From assembly GCA_963705165.1 (NCBI GenBank), contig CAVPJD010000030.1, positions 17,686-81,685 on the forward strand: a DNA stretch of 64,000 nucleotides. Reading direction: 5' to 3'. Below the pieces are notes generated by a model that made no database searches, was not told the origin of the DNA, and worked only from the letters and a program-made list of their open reading frames with translations. The position numbers and the translations under genes were made by a program. Source of the DNA: an uncultured delta proteobacterium. Its GTDB lineage: Bacteria; Desulfobacterota; Syntrophia; Syntrophales; UBA2192. Shown here piece by piece: positions 20,072-30,237 of this stretch (position 1 is its first letter; the number at the start of each line of letters is the position of its first letter).

Positions 20072-21289
20072 GTGAAAAGGCTCCAGTCCACCATCTCCGG
20101 CCAGGTTTTCCCCTTCGAACGCATCGAGGAGTTCGCCGGCAACGGCGAGTCCCTGGAGGTTGGGATCGAAGGGCTGGCCAGTGCCCGCGTGAAGCCGGGC
20201 CGGCACCTCTGGGAGCGATTCGCCGACTTTCTTCCCGTCGCAATCGACGGGGATCTGACGCTTGGCGAAGGCGACACGCCGCTTCTGCCCGCGGGGAAGG
20301 CCCTCTCGGAGTTTACCGGGATCGGGCAGATGCTCTTGAAAAACGAGACCATGAACCCCACGTGGAGCTTCAAGGACCGAGGGTCGCTCACCACGATCGC
20401 CATGGCCCGGCAGATGGGGGAGCCCGTTACGGCTACCATCTCGACGGGCAACATGGGCCATTCCATGGCCGCCTACGGGGCGCGCGCGGGGATCCGGGCC
20501 GTTGTCTTTGTCCCGCACTATGCGCCCCTGGAGAAGATCCGCGCCATGGCCATCCACGGGGCCACGGTCGTGAAGGTCAGCGCCCCGGATTACTCCCTGA
20601 TGAAAAGGGAGGTCCTGGGGCTTTCCGCTGAATGCAACCTCCGGATCGTTTCCGGTAACGGCCCGATCCGGGTCGAGGGCTACAAGCTTGCGGCCTTCGA
20701 GATGTACGAGCAGCTCGAGGGAAGGGTCCCCGGCTTCATCGCCGTGCCCACGTCGGCCTGCGGGCACCTCCGGGGCATCTTCAAGGGGTACCGGGAGCTG
20801 AAAGAGGCGGGGCTTACCGACCGGCTTCCCAGGATGATCGTCGTCCAGGCGGCAAACGTGAACCCCGTCGTCTCGGCCATCCGGGAGGGCCGGGACCGGA
20901 TCATCGCCGTATCGGGCGGGGATACCATTGCCGAGGCCATCACCTCGGGGGATCCGCCGGGCGGCGACGAGATCATTCTCAAGGCAAGACAGTACGGCTG
21001 GCTTGCCGAGGATGTGACGGAAGAAGAGATTCTCGATGCCCAGCGAAGGTTTGCCGGCGCCGGGTTTTTCGTCGAACCTGCAGCGGCCACCTCGCTTGCG
21101 GCCGTGAAAAAGCTCAGGGCAGCAGGGAAGATCGGGGAAGAGGACCCCGTCGTCCTCATGCTCACGGGCTCGGGCCTGAAGGACATGAGCGTCTTTGCCC
21201 GACAGAGCGTTGACGTTATTGAAAGCGACCTCCGGAGAATCCGGGGGGATGTGGAAAAGATACTTGCTCGACGCGGTGAAGTCTTTTAA
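20072..21289 (+). CDS. thrC: Threonine synthase (fold-type II PLP enzyme)
   Basis: LGEGDTPL, NPTWSFKDRG, STGN, EPAAA, LTGSGLKD; start taken at GTG 20072 because the longer ORF overlaps the tRNA. Confidence 0.85.
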   Translation: MKRLQSTISGQVFPFERIEEFAGNGESLEVGIEGLASARVKPGRHLWERFADFLPVAIDGDLTLGEGDTPLLPAGKALSEFTGIGQMLLKNETMNPTWSFKDRGSLTTIAMARQMGEPVTATISTGNMGHSMAAYGARAGIRAVVFVPHYAPLEKIRAMAIHGATVVKVSAPDYSLMKREVLGLSAECNLRIVSGNGPIRVEGYKLAAFEMYEQLEGRVPGFIAVPTSACGHLRGIFKGYRELKEAGLTDRLPRMIVVQAANVNPVVSAIREGRDRIIAVSGGDTIAEAITSGDPPGGDEIILKARQYGWLAEDVTEEEILDAQRRFAGAGFFVEPAAATSLAAVKKLRAAGKIGEEDPVVLMLTGSGLKDMSVFARQSVDVIESDLRRIRGDVEKILARRGEVF

Positions 21290-21302
21290 AGTTCAACTAA
21301 GG

Positions 21303-21340
21303 CCCCCTCGTCTTGGCCTTCTCCCTCGGAGAGGAGAGGG
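21303..21340. repeat. REP-like palindrome, CCCTC...CTCTCCC-GGAGAGG type (degenerate)
   Basis: ccccctcgtcttggccttctccctcggagaggagaggg; related copy near 23159. Confidence 0.45.
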
Positions 21341-21369
21341 AAATCAGGGAAAGGGGCTTTTAAAGGAAA

Positions 21370-21470
21370 GATAGCCGGGCCCCGTGCAACGCCGACTTGT
21401 GAACCCCGTCAGGTCCGGAAGGAAGCAGCGGTAACAGGAACCGGCGTGTGCTACGGCAAGCCTGGCTATC
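21370..21470 (+). ncRNA. ffs: Signal recognition particle RNA (4.5S)
   Basis: Helix-8 motif GTCAGGTCCGGAAGGAAGCAGC, GATAGCC/GGCTATC terminal pairing, position upstream of dnaX. Confidence 0.96.
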
Positions 21471-21491
21471 CTTATTTATCAGACAGGGGCC

Positions 21492-23153
21492 ATGGTAGAA
21501 TATCTCGTACTAGCCAGAAAGTGGAGACCCCAGGTCTTCGAGGACGTGATCGGACAGGATCACGTGGTCACGACCCTGCGCAACGCGATCCGCATGGGCC
21601 GGGTGGCCCACGCCTTCATCTTCAGCGGTCCCCGCGGCGTGGGAAAGACCTCGGTGGCCCGGATCCTGGCCAAGGCCCTCAACTGCGAGAAGGGCCCCTC
21701 CGGGATCCCCTGCAACGCCTGCGCGAACTGCAGGGAGATTACAGAGGGCATCTCCATGGACGTCCACGAGATCGACGGGGCGTCCAACCGCGGCATCGAC
21801 GAGATCCGCGAGCTCAGGGAGAACGTGAAGTTCTCCCCCTCTTCGTCGCGCTACAAGATCTACATCATCGACGAAGTGCACATGCTCACCAAGGAGGCCT
21901 TCAACGCCCTGCTGAAGACGCTCGAGGAGCCGCCGCCCCACGTCATCTTCGTCTTCGCCACCACGGAGACCCACAAGATCCCCGCCACGATCCTGTCCCG
22001 ATGCCAGCGCTACGAGTTCAAGCGCATCTCCCTGAAGGAGATCACGGCCACCCTGCGCAAGATCTCTGCAGGGGAAGGCATCCAGGTAAGCGACCAGGCC
22101 CTGACATGGATCGCCCAGGGCGGCGAGGGCAGCCTCCGGGACTCCCAGAGCATCCTCGATCAGGCCATCTCCTTTGCCGGCACCGACATCGGCGATGCCG
22201 ATGTGGAAGCCCTTTTGGGGAGAGGCGACCGTAAATACCTCTTCGATCTCTCCCGTGCCATCATGGGCCGCGACTCGGGCGCCTGCCTCAAGATCATCGA
22301 CGAGGCCTTCTATGCCGGGGCCGACCTCAAGGTCTTCTACGAGAGGATGCTTGCCCACTTCCGCAACCTGCTGCTCGTCAAGATCACGGCAGGTCAAGGG
22401 GACCTTCTGGATCTGTCGGATCACGAGGTGACCGAGCTCACGCAACAGGCCGCAGCCGTCTCACGGGAAACGCTGCAGCGCCTGCTCGACGTGCTCATGG
22501 CCGGTGAGGAGGAGATGCGAAAGAGCCTCAACCCCAGGCTCGTCCTGGAGTTTACGTCCGTCAAGATGGCATGGCAGGAGCCCCTGATCCCCGTCGACGA
22601 AATCCTCTTGCGCATGGAGGGGATCGAGAAGCGACTCGGGCAGCAAGCCCCGGCCGAGCTCTCCGTGCCGCAGAAGACCTACCCGCCGCCCCCCGAGCGG
22701 ACGCTGCTCGACGAGGGGACAAACGAGCCCGTCGTCAGGGAACCGGCACCGCGGGGTGCCGAGGAAAGCTGGGAAGGCTTCAAGCAGTTCGTTAAAAGAA
22801 AAAATCAGCCGCTCTGGGCGAAGATCGAACCGGGAAAGCTTCTCGGGTTCGGCGGCGGAGTGCTCAGGCTCGGATTTCCGAGGGGCTACCTCTTTCTTGA
22901 TTTCTTCGAAGAGAAACCCCAGCGGGACAAACTCGAGGAAATGGCCCGGGAATTCTTCAGCCAGACGGTCACCCTGTCCGTGGAGACGATCGACAACGGG
23001 CCCGGAGAGGCCAGCGGCCCGGCGCGAAACGGCCCATACCAGAGCCGGGCGAACCAGATCCGCCGTGAGGCCCTGAACCACCCGCTCCTGCAGAAGGTTA
23101 TGGATGTCTTCGAGGGGGCCGAGGTGCAGGAGGTTATCGTCAAGGAGAAGTAG
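21492..23153 (+). CDS. dnaX: DNA polymerase III subunit gamma/tau
   Basis: LARKWRPQ, GPRGVGKT, EIDGASN, IDEVHML, SRCQ. Confidence 0.97.
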   Translation: MVEYLVLARKWRPQVFEDVIGQDHVVTTLRNAIRMGRVAHAFIFSGPRGVGKTSVARILAKALNCEKGPSGIPCNACANCREITEGISMDVHEIDGASNRGIDEIRELRENVKFSPSSSRYKIYIIDEVHMLTKEAFNALLKTLEEPPPHVIFVFATTETHKIPATILSRCQRYEFKRISLKEITATLRKISAGEGIQVSDQALTWIAQGGEGSLRDSQSILDQAISFAGTDIGDADVEALLGRGDRKYLFDLSRAIMGRDSGACLKIIDEAFYAGADLKVFYERMLAHFRNLLLVKITAGQGDLLDLSDHEVTELTQQAAAVSRETLQRLLDVLMAGEEEMRKSLNPRLVLEFTSVKMAWQEPLIPVDEILLRMEGIEKRLGQQAPAELSVPQKTYPPPPERTLLDEGTNEPVVREPAPRGAEESWEGFKQFVKRKNQPLWAKIEPGKLLGFGGGVLRLGFPRGYLFLDFFEEKPQRDKLEEMAREFFSQTVTLSVETIDNGPGEASGPARNGPYQSRANQIRREALNHPLLQKVMDVFEGAEVQEVIVKEK

Positions 23154-23158
23154 AATTC

Positions 23159-23196
23159 ACCCTCACCTCAATCCTCTCCCCTCAAGGGAGAGGAAG
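23159..23196. repeat. REP-like palindrome
   Basis: accctcacctcaatcctctcccctcaagggagaggaag with CCTCTCCC/GGGAGAGG stem. Confidence 0.6.
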
Positions 23197-23232
23197 ATCA
23201 AGGTAATAGATGTTGTATAGGAGGATACGGTT

Positions 23233-23541
23233 TTGAACTTTCAAAATATGATGAAACAGGCCCAGAAGCTTCAGGAAAAGATGGTGAAGGTCCAGGAGGA
23301 GCTTGCCGCAAAGACCGTGGAGGCTACCTCCGGCGGCGGCATGGTGACGGCTGTTGTCAACGGCAAGTTTGAGCTGATGTCCATCCGGATCGAAAAAGAC
23401 GTTGTCAACCCCGACGATATCGACATGCTGCAGGACCTCATCATCGCGGCGGTGAACGAAGGGGTCCGCAAGGCCCAGGAAATGGCCTCGGCGGAAATGG
23501 CGAAGGTCACAGGCGGGATGAAGCTTCCCGGCATGATGTGA
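23233..23541 (+). CDS. ybaB: YbaB/EbfC nucleoid-associated protein
   Basis: MMKQAQKLQ, SGGGMV, DMLQDLIIAAVN; lies between dnaX and recR. Confidence 0.96.
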   Translation: MNFQNMMKQAQKLQEKMVKVQEELAAKTVEATSGGGMVTAVVNGKFELMSIRIEKDVVNPDDIDMLQDLIIAAVNEGVRKAQEMASAEMAKVTGGMKLPGMM

Positions 23542-23554
23542 GAGGGCGCGTTAA

Positions 23555-24154
23555 ATGACGGGATACGCAGCGCCCATTCAGCGTCTCATCCAGGAGCTGG
23601 GCCGCCTGCCCGGGATCGGCGAGAAGACGGCCACGCGCCTGGCCATGTTCATCCTGCGCTGGTCCACCGAAGAGGCAAAAAGGCTTGCCGAAAGCATCGT
23701 CGACGTGAAGGAAAAGATCTGTTTCTGCTCGGTTTGCTTCAACCTTGCCGAGGGGGAGCTCTGCGCCGTCTGCTCCGACCCGTCCCGGGACCGGGAGCGG
23801 ATCTGCGTTGTCGAGAACCCCGACTCGCTCACCGCCATCGAGGAAAGCGGGAGCTTCCGCGGCACCTACCACGTTCTTCACGGGGCCCTTGCCCCCCTGG
23901 ACGGGATCGGCCCCGATCAGATACGGGTTCGCGAGCTTGCCGAGCGCCTGGAACGGGGCGGCGTCCGGGAAGTTATCCTGGCCACCAACCCCAGCGTCCA
24001 GGGGGAGGCGACGGCGCTGCTCATCATGAGACTTTTGAAAGACAAGGGGCTCGAGGTCACCCGGATCGCCCTCGGCGTTCCCGTAGGTGGCGATCTTCGT
24101 TACACGGACAAGATGACTCTGACCAAAGCGATGGAATACCGCCGAGGCATGTAA
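23555..24154 (+). CDS. recR: Recombination mediator RecR
   Basis: [10 protein letters not shown]4 zinc finger, YHVLHG, ILATNP TOPRIM motif. Confidence 0.97.
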   Translation: MTGYAAPIQRLIQELGRLPGIGEKTATRLAMFILRWSTEEAKRLAESIVDVKEKICFCSVCFNLAEGELCAVCSDPSRDRERICVVENPDSLTAIEESGSFRGTYHVLHGALAPLDGIGPDQIRVRELAERLERGGVREVILATNPSVQGEATALLIMRLLKDKGLEVTRIALGVPVGGDLRYTDKMTLTKAMEYRRGM

Positions 24155-24166
24155 ACGGGCAGGCCG

Positions 24167-24934
24167 TTACCCTTCGCAGGATCCATTCTTCTGCTGGCGG
24201 CTTTTCCTGATCAGGTCCACTCCCAACAAGGTCAGCACGACGGCGAAGATGACCCTCAGCGTCCCCTCCGGCAGGTGATTGGCCGCAATTCCCCCCAGGA
24301 AGGCCCCGAGGATGATCCCGGCGGCCAGGCCCGGCAGGATCCTGGTGACCACGTTCCCATGGCGCCAGTGGGTGTAGGAACCGACGGCTGCCGCCGGAAC
24401 CATGCTCAGCAGGGAGCTTCCCTGTGCGATGTGCTGGTTCATCCCGACAAAGAGGACCATCCCTGCGATCAGGAAAGCCCCGCCGCCGATGCCCAGCAGC
24501 CCCGCGATGAAACCTGTCGCAAGGCCGGTGGCCGCAAGGGCGGCAACCGCGGGCCAGCCCGTCAGGGACGTTACGGCCAGTGCCCCCAGGTGGGGCTTTG
24601 CGACGAGAAGGGCGGCAGCGGCAAGCAGGACGCAGCCGAAGTATCGTTTCAGCCTCCATTCGGGAAGGCTCGAGCAGTAACGGGCACCGACCCGGGCCGT
24701 GAGCGAGGCCGAGACGGCCAGGATCAAGGCTGCCGTGAAATCGATGGTTCCCTCCATGGCGTAGGCGCAAGACCCGGAAAGTCCTGCGAAAACCACGACC
24801 GCGAGGCTCGTTCCATGGGCGCTCGCCTGGGACAGTCCGAGTCGCCGGGTCATCAGGGGAATCATGATCACCCCCCCGCCCAGCCCCACGAGGCCGCCGA
24901 AAATCCCGGAAACCAACCCAATCAGAAAGCTCAT
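24167..24934 (-). CDS. TauE/SafE (TSUP) family membrane protein
   Basis: Duplicated GxxGGLVGLGGG...P...A.GTSL halves; GAAGGGG RBS before ATG 24934. Confidence 0.88.
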   Translation of the reverse strand: MSFLIGLVSGIFGGLVGLGGGVIMIPLMTRRLGLSQASAHGTSLAVVVFAGLSGSCAYAMEGTIDFTAALILAVSASLTARVGARYCSSLPEWRLKRYFGCVLLAAAALLVAKPHLGALAVTSLTGWPAVAALAATGLATGFIAGLLGIGGGAFLIAGMVLFVGMNQHIAQGSSLLSMVPAAAVGSYTHWRHGNVVTRILPGLAAGIILGAFLGGIAANHLPEGTLRVIFAVVLTLLGVDLIRKSRQQKNGSCEG

Positions 24935-25172
24935 GCCCCTTCTCCTTCCGCTCGCGATAAAACCTAACACATAACAGATGTTTATATCCACCCCGGAGTA
25001 TGGCCGCACCGTCCCGCAGCTCCCGGGAAAGGGACAATACTATCTGAAAAGTTACCACTTTGGTATTGACAGGGAAACCCGATTCGGATAAGTGAAATCC
25101 TCTATAATTCGATTTCTATCAATTCGTCGTTCATGCAGTCAGAACGCAAATCTTTCCGGGGGAGAATCACCG

Positions 25173-25727
25173 ATGATCGAGATCAGATGGCATGGCAGAG
25201 GTGGCCAGGGGGCCGTCACATCCGTCGAGATGCTGGCCCTGGCGGCCATCGAGGAAGGAAAATACGCCCAGGGCTTTCCGGCCTTTGGTCCGGAGAGGCG
25301 CGGAGCGCCCGTCATGGCCTTCAACCGCGTCTCGGACAAGCCCATCAAGATCCGTTCGGGCATCTACCGCCCCGACGTGGTCGTCGTCCTCGACCCCAGC
25401 CTCGTGGGCCTTGTTCCCGTCACCGACGGGCTCAAGCCCGGAGGGATTCTCATCGTCAACACGACGAAGCCGGCCGAGGACCTTCGGAAAAAATTGAATT
25501 ACAGCGGGAAACTGTTCACCGTCGATGCCTCGCACATCGCGAGGGAGGAACTCGGAGTTCCCATCGCGAACACGACCATGCTTGGGGCCGTCCTCAAGGC
25601 CACGGGCGTTCTCAGTCTTGCCGCCATGAAATCGCCCCTCGAGCACCGTTTCGGCCGCGTGGCCGCCAAGAACATGTCCGCCATGAAGCGGGCCTTTAAC
25701 GAAATGAAATCAGCAAAAGCCGCCTGA
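25173..25727 (+). CDS. porC: Pyruvate/2-oxoacid:ferredoxin oxidoreductase gamma subunit
   Basis: EIRWHGRGGQGAVT, FGPERRGAPV, NTTMLGA. Confidence 0.93.
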   Translation: MIEIRWHGRGGQGAVTSVEMLALAAIEEGKYAQGFPAFGPERRGAPVMAFNRVSDKPIKIRSGIYRPDVVVVLDPSLVGLVPVTDGLKPGGILIVNTTKPAEDLRKKLNYSGKLFTVDASHIAREELGVPIANTTMLGAVLKATGVLSLAAMKSPLEHRFGRVAAKNMSAMKRAFNEMKSAKAA

Positions 25728-25745
25728 GCGACAAGAGGTTCTGAT

Positions 25746-26054
25746 ATGGCAAAGAAAAAGACAGAGCAGAAGAAGTGGCCCGAAAAGTGGCATGAAGTCA
25801 ATCCCGGCTGCATGGTCTTTGCTGCGGGAAACGCCGCCAACTACAAGACCGGAAGCTGGAAGTCCCAGCGCCCTTTGACGGACAACGCCAAATGCATCAA
25901 GTGCGGGATCTGCTATATTTTCTGTCCGGAAGCCTGCATCCAGGAAGTGAAGGACGGATTCTTTGAGGCGAACCTGGACTACTGCAAGGGTTGCGGAATC
26001 TGTGCCCACGAATGCTGGCCCGGCGCCATCGTGATGCGCGAGGAGGAAGAGTAA
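25746..26054 (+). CDS. porD: Pyruvate/2-oxoacid:ferredoxin oxidoreductase delta subunit, 2x[4Fe-4S]
   Basis: KTGSW..RP, CIKCGICYIFCP, YCKGCGICAHEC. Confidence 0.93.
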   Translation: MAKKKTEQKKWPEKWHEVNPGCMVFAAGNAANYKTGSWKSQRPLTDNAKCIKCGICYIFCPEACIQEVKDGFFEANLDYCKGCGICAHECWPGAIVMREEEE

Positions 26055-26055
26055 G

Positions 26056-27219
26056 ATGGGAAAACGCATTGGAATGGAAGTGGCCATCGCGGCGGCCGAG
26101 GCCGTTGCGCTCTGTAATATAGACGTGGCAGCCGTCTACCCGATCACCCCGCAGTCACACATCGCCGAGCACATGGCGGACATCATCCACGACGGCCGGA
26201 TTGACGCCGAGTTCATCACCGTCGAGTCGGAACACTCCGCCATCAGCGCCTGCGCCGGCGCCTCGGCGGCCGGGGCCCGCGCCTACACGGCGACAAGCTC
26301 TCAGGGCCTCATGCTGATGCACGAGATCCTGCCCATCGTCTCGGCCATGCGGCTTCCCATCTGCATGGCCAACGCCAACCGCGCCGTATCGGGACCGCTC
26401 AACATCTGGAACGACCATGGCGACATCATGCCCCAGCGCGACAGCGGCTGGATCAGCCTCTTCACGGAAAACGGGCAGGAGGCCATCGACCTCTCGATCA
26501 TGTCCTTCAAGATCGCCGAGGATCCCGAGGTGATGCTGCCCTGTGTCGTCAACATCGACGGATTTCAGCTCACCCACATGATCGAGCCCCTCGAGCTCCC
26601 CGGCCAGGCCGAAGTGGCGAAGTTTCTGCCGCCGAGAAAACCTTTCGCCCAGCTGCATCCGGACAACCCGATCTCCATGGGCTGCTTCGCCATGCCCGAC
26701 ACCTACACGGAGACCGTGAAGGCCAAGGAGACGGCCCTGATCAACTCCAAAAAGATCATCACGAGGGTCTTCAACGAGTGGGCAAAACGTTTCGGCCGGA
26801 AGTACAATGTGGTCGAGACCTACAGAACCAAGGGCGCCGACACCCTCCTGCTGACCATGGGCTCCATGGGCGAGACGGCCGCCACGGCTGTCGACGAGAT
26901 GAGGAAGGCGGGTAAAAAAGTCGGACTCGTCAAGCTCCGCCTCTGGAGGCCGTTCCCCGTCGAGGAGCTGAAAGCCGCCATCAAGGAGTGCAAGACGCTT
27001 ATCGTCATGGACCGTGCGATCTCCACGGGGGGCGCCGGCGGTCCCGTGGCCACGGACATCAAATCGCTCCTTTATGGCGAAAAAACAAGACCCCGGATTC
27101 TGAACGTCATAGCAGGCCTCGGCGGACGAGACCTGACCGTTGAAGATTTTGTGGCCATGTTCGAGATGGCGAAAAAGAAAAAAGACGAAACCTACGAATT
27201 ATACGGAGTGAGGGAATAA
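26056..27219 (+). CDS. porA: Pyruvate/2-oxoacid:ferredoxin oxidoreductase alpha subunit
   Basis: YPITPQ, VESEHSA, TATSSQGL, NRA, GLGGRD. Confidence 0.93.
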   Translation: MGKRIGMEVAIAAAEAVALCNIDVAAVYPITPQSHIAEHMADIIHDGRIDAEFITVESEHSAISACAGASAAGARAYTATSSQGLMLMHEILPIVSAMRLPICMANANRAVSGPLNIWNDHGDIMPQRDSGWISLFTENGQEAIDLSIMSFKIAEDPEVMLPCVVNIDGFQLTHMIEPLELPGQAEVAKFLPPRKPFAQLHPDNPISMGCFAMPDTYTETVKAKETALINSKKIITRVFNEWAKRFGRKYNVVETYRTKGADTLLLTMGSMGETAATAVDEMRKAGKKVGLVKLRLWRPFPVEELKAAIKECKTLIVMDRAISTGGAGGPVATDIKSLLYGEKTRPRILNVIAGLGGRDLTVEDFVAMFEMAKKKKDETYELYGVRE

Positions 27220-28166
27220 TGAACTCGGTACAGAATTTCGAGATCTTCGCACCGAAGCTGATCGACAGGAAGGAATATATCAGTGCCGGCCACCGCGCCT
27301 GCCAGGGCTGCGGCGAGGTGCTTGCCCTTCGGCACATCCTGAAGGCCCTTGGCGACGACGTGGTCGTCGCAAACGCCACGGGCTGCATGGAGATCATTTC
27401 CTCGGGCTACCCCCAGACGGCCTGGGAGGTTCCTTATGTCCACGTTGCTTTCGAGAACGCTGCAGCGGTGGGATCCGGTGTCGAGGCGGCCCTGAAGGCC
27501 CTCCGGCGAAAAGGCCGCATTGCCGATCGCGACGTGAAGACCATCGCCGTGGCCGGCGACGGCGGCACCGCCGACATCGGGCTGCAGGCCCTCTCCGGCG
27601 CCATGGAGCGCGGCCACGACATGATCTTCTTCTGCCTGGACAACGAAGCCTACATGAACACGGGCATCCAGCGCTCAAGCGCCACCCCCTTCATGGCGGC
27701 CACGACAACCTCGCCTGCCGGCAAGGCCATCCCGGGCCAGCGAACTCAGAAAAAGAACGTTCCCGAGATCATGGTGGCCCACAAAGTCCCCTACGTGGCC
27801 ACGGCCTGCCCGAGCTACCCCATCGATCTCATCAATAAGGTGAAGAAGGCAAAAGAAGTGAAAGGACCTGCCTACGTGCATGTATTTTCCATGTGCCCCA
27901 CAGGCTGGCGCTGCGCCTCGGAGATCACCATCAAGATGGGACGGCTCGCCGTCGAGACGGGCGTCTTTCCCCTCTACGAGGTGGAGAACGGCAAGTACCG
28001 GCTCACGATGGAAGTTCCCGAGAAGCTTCGCCCTGTAGGGGATTATCTGAAGCCTCAGGGGCGGTTCCGCCATTTGGGCCCCTCGGACATCGAAAAAGTC
28101 CAGGCGCAGGTCATCCGCGAATGGGAAATTCTTCTCAACAAAGTCGAGTGCATGCAGCCCTGGTAA
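27219..28166 (+). CDS. porB: Pyruvate/2-oxoacid:ferredoxin oxidoreductase beta subunit (TPP-binding)
   Basis: GHRACQGCG, GDGGTADIG, DNEAYMNTGIQRS, CPTGW. Confidence 0.93.
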   Translation: MNSVQNFEIFAPKLIDRKEYISAGHRACQGCGEVLALRHILKALGDDVVVANATGCMEIISSGYPQTAWEVPYVHVAFENAAAVGSGVEAALKALRRKGRIADRDVKTIAVAGDGGTADIGLQALSGAMERGHDMIFFCLDNEAYMNTGIQRSSATPFMAATTTSPAGKAIPGQRTQKKNVPEIMVAHKVPYVATACPSYPIDLINKVKKAKEVKGPAYVHVFSMCPTGWRCASEITIKMGRLAVETGVFPLYEVENGKYRLTMEVPEKLRPVGDYLKPQGRFRHLGPSDIEKVQAQVIREWEILLNKVECMQPW

Positions 28167-28218
28167 GGTTCCACGTCACGGGACGAAAACAGAAAACGGA
28201 AAGATAGGGTGACAGGGA

Positions 28219-30123
28219 ATGAGCGCAGTATCCTTCAGCAGCTGGAATGGAAAGATCATCGACAACCGGACCGGGAAGGCGGTGAAGGCCGCCGACGCAG
28301 GCGTCCCGAAAATGATGGGCGACAAGTCCTTTACGGCCCTTTTGGGCTGGAACGGCATGGTCGTCGCGGATGCCATTGCGAACGTCCCGTCGCTGGCCCT
28401 CGCCTACCTGAAGGAAGCGAGGAAGCTGTCCTGCGGTGAGTGCTCCGTCTGCAGCATCGGCATCGACCGGGTGACGGCGCTCCTGGAAGGGCTCATCGCC
28501 GGGAAAGGCAAAAAGCAGGACATCGCCGAGATCGAGCGGGTCGCCAAGGGGGTCATGGAGCTCTCCAAGTGCAATTTCGGCCGGGCCTCGGCCGTCACCC
28601 CCGTCTTCGATGCCATCCGGTACTACAAGGATGATTTCCTCGCCCTGACCGGGGGGAAGAAAGGCACCACGAGGCCCTACAAGGTGGCCGTCACGGCCCC
28701 TTGCCTGGAGGCCTGCCCGGCAAAGCTCGACATCCCGGGATACATCGAGCTGATCCGCAACAACAAGTTCGGCGAATCCCTCAACCTCATCCGCAAGCGC
28801 TGCATCCTGCCCGGCGTCATCGGCCGGGCCTGCACCCACCCCTGCGAGGAGGCCTGCGTGCGCGGCGGCATCGACAAGACCCTGGCCATCCGCCTGCTGA
28901 AGCGCTCGGCGGCGGACAACGACCTGGCCGCAGGGGCCAGCGCCCTGAAGAAGCCCGCAGCGGAAAGGCCGGAAAAAGTGGCCATCGTCGGTGCGGGGCC
29001 AGCCGGGCTTGCCGCGGCCTACCACCTCAGGAGAATGGGATACCAGGTCACGATATTCGAGGCCTTCCCGAAAGGCGGCGGCATGGCCGCCGTGGGCATC
29101 CCCGACTACAGGCTGCCCAAGGGCATCCTCGAACACGAGATCAAGCTCATCCGCGCACTCGGTGCCGATATCCAGTACAACAAAAAAATCACGAAACTCG
29201 ACATGGACGAGCTCACGGCCCAGGGTTTCAAGGCCATCTTCCTGAGCGTGGGCGCCCACGAGGGTACCAAGATCGGCTGCAAGGGCGAAGATGCGGGCTA
29301 TGAAGGCTTCGTTGACGGCGCCGTTTTTCTCCGGAATCTGGCCCTCGGCAAGCCCGTCGAGCCCAAAGGGAAAGTCGTCATCGTCGGTGGGGGCAACGTG
29401 GCCATGGACTGCGCCCGGAGCTGTCTGCGCCTGGGATTCAAGGACGTAGAGATCCTCTACCGGCGCACCCGCAAGGAAATGCCCGCAAGCCCCGCAGAGA
29501 TCGAAGAGGCCCTTGAGGAAGGGGTCAAGATCCGCTTCCTCGTCGCCCCCGTGAGCGTCCTTGCCGACGGAAACACGGCGAAGGGCGTGGAGTGCATCCG
29601 CATGAAGCTGGGTGCTCCCGATTCCAGCGGGCGGAGCCGTCCCATCCCGGTGAAAGGATCCGAGTTCAAGGTGAAGGCGGACATGGTCATTCCCGCCACG
29701 GGCCAGAAGCCGGACCTCAGATTTGTGAAGGATCTCGTACCGGTGACGGGCTGGGGCACCATCGAGGTGAACCCCGAAACCCTTCGGACCAACCTGGAAA
29801 ACGTATTCGCAGGCGGTGACTGCGTATCCGGTCCCGCGACCCTCATCGAGGCCCTCGATGCGGGCAACAAGGTGGCCCGCAGCATCGACGCCTACCTGCA
29901 GGGCCGAACCTACGAGCCCGAGGTGAGCTTCAAGGGGATCGACGTGAAGGCCCAGCGCGCAACGGGCTTCATCGATGCCTGCGCCCAGGAGAAGGTGAGC
30001 CTGCTCGACCCGAAGGCACGCGTCAAGAGCTTCGCCGAGGTCGAGGCCCCTTACAGCGACACGGCGGCCATGAAGGAAGCAAACCGCTGCCTGCGCTGCT
30101 ACCGGCTGGTGGTCTGGGAATAA
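28219..30123 (+). CDS. SfrB-like NAD(P)H oxidoreductase: NuoF-type [4Fe-4S] domain plus GltD/NfnB flavoprotein
   Basis: FSSW...IDNR N-terminus, SCGECSVC...C, APCLEACP, GRACTHPCE, GAGPAG, GGGNVA, YRR, RCLRCY. Confidence 0.85.
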   Translation: MSAVSFSSWNGKIIDNRTGKAVKAADAGVPKMMGDKSFTALLGWNGMVVADAIANVPSLALAYLKEARKLSCGECSVCSIGIDRVTALLEGLIAGKGKKQDIAEIERVAKGVMELSKCNFGRASAVTPVFDAIRYYKDDFLALTGGKKGTTRPYKVAVTAPCLEACPAKLDIPGYIELIRNNKFGESLNLIRKRCILPGVIGRACTHPCEEACVRGGIDKTLAIRLLKRSAADNDLAAGASALKKPAAERPEKVAIVGAGPAGLAAAYHLRRMGYQVTIFEAFPKGGGMAAVGIPDYRLPKGILEHEIKLIRALGADIQYNKKITKLDMDELTAQGFKAIFLSVGAHEGTKIGCKGEDAGYEGFVDGAVFLRNLALGKPVEPKGKVVIVGGGNVAMDCARSCLRLGFKDVEILYRRTRKEMPASPAEIEEALEEGVKIRFLVAPVSVLADGNTAKGVECIRMKLGAPDSSGRSRPIPVKGSEFKVKADMVIPATGQKPDLRFVKDLVPVTGWGTIEVNPETLRTNLENVFAGGDCVSGPATLIEALDAGNKVARSIDAYLQGRTYEPEVSFKGIDVKAQRATGFIDACAQEKVSLLDPKARVKSFAEVEAPYSDTAAMKEANRCLRCYRLVVWE

Positions 30124-30237
30124 TCTGGTCCATCTAGTCTATCTGGTCTGTTTGGTCTGTTTCGTCGAAAGAAAAGACTGAAGAGACCGAAGAGACGGAA
30201 CGACAGAATAGACAAGATTCTATGAGAGGGAATTTCG

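Noticed and set aside
22790..22810. Programmed frameshift site in dnaX
   Set aside because: A-rich run does not match A AAA AAG and has no clear stimulatory elements.
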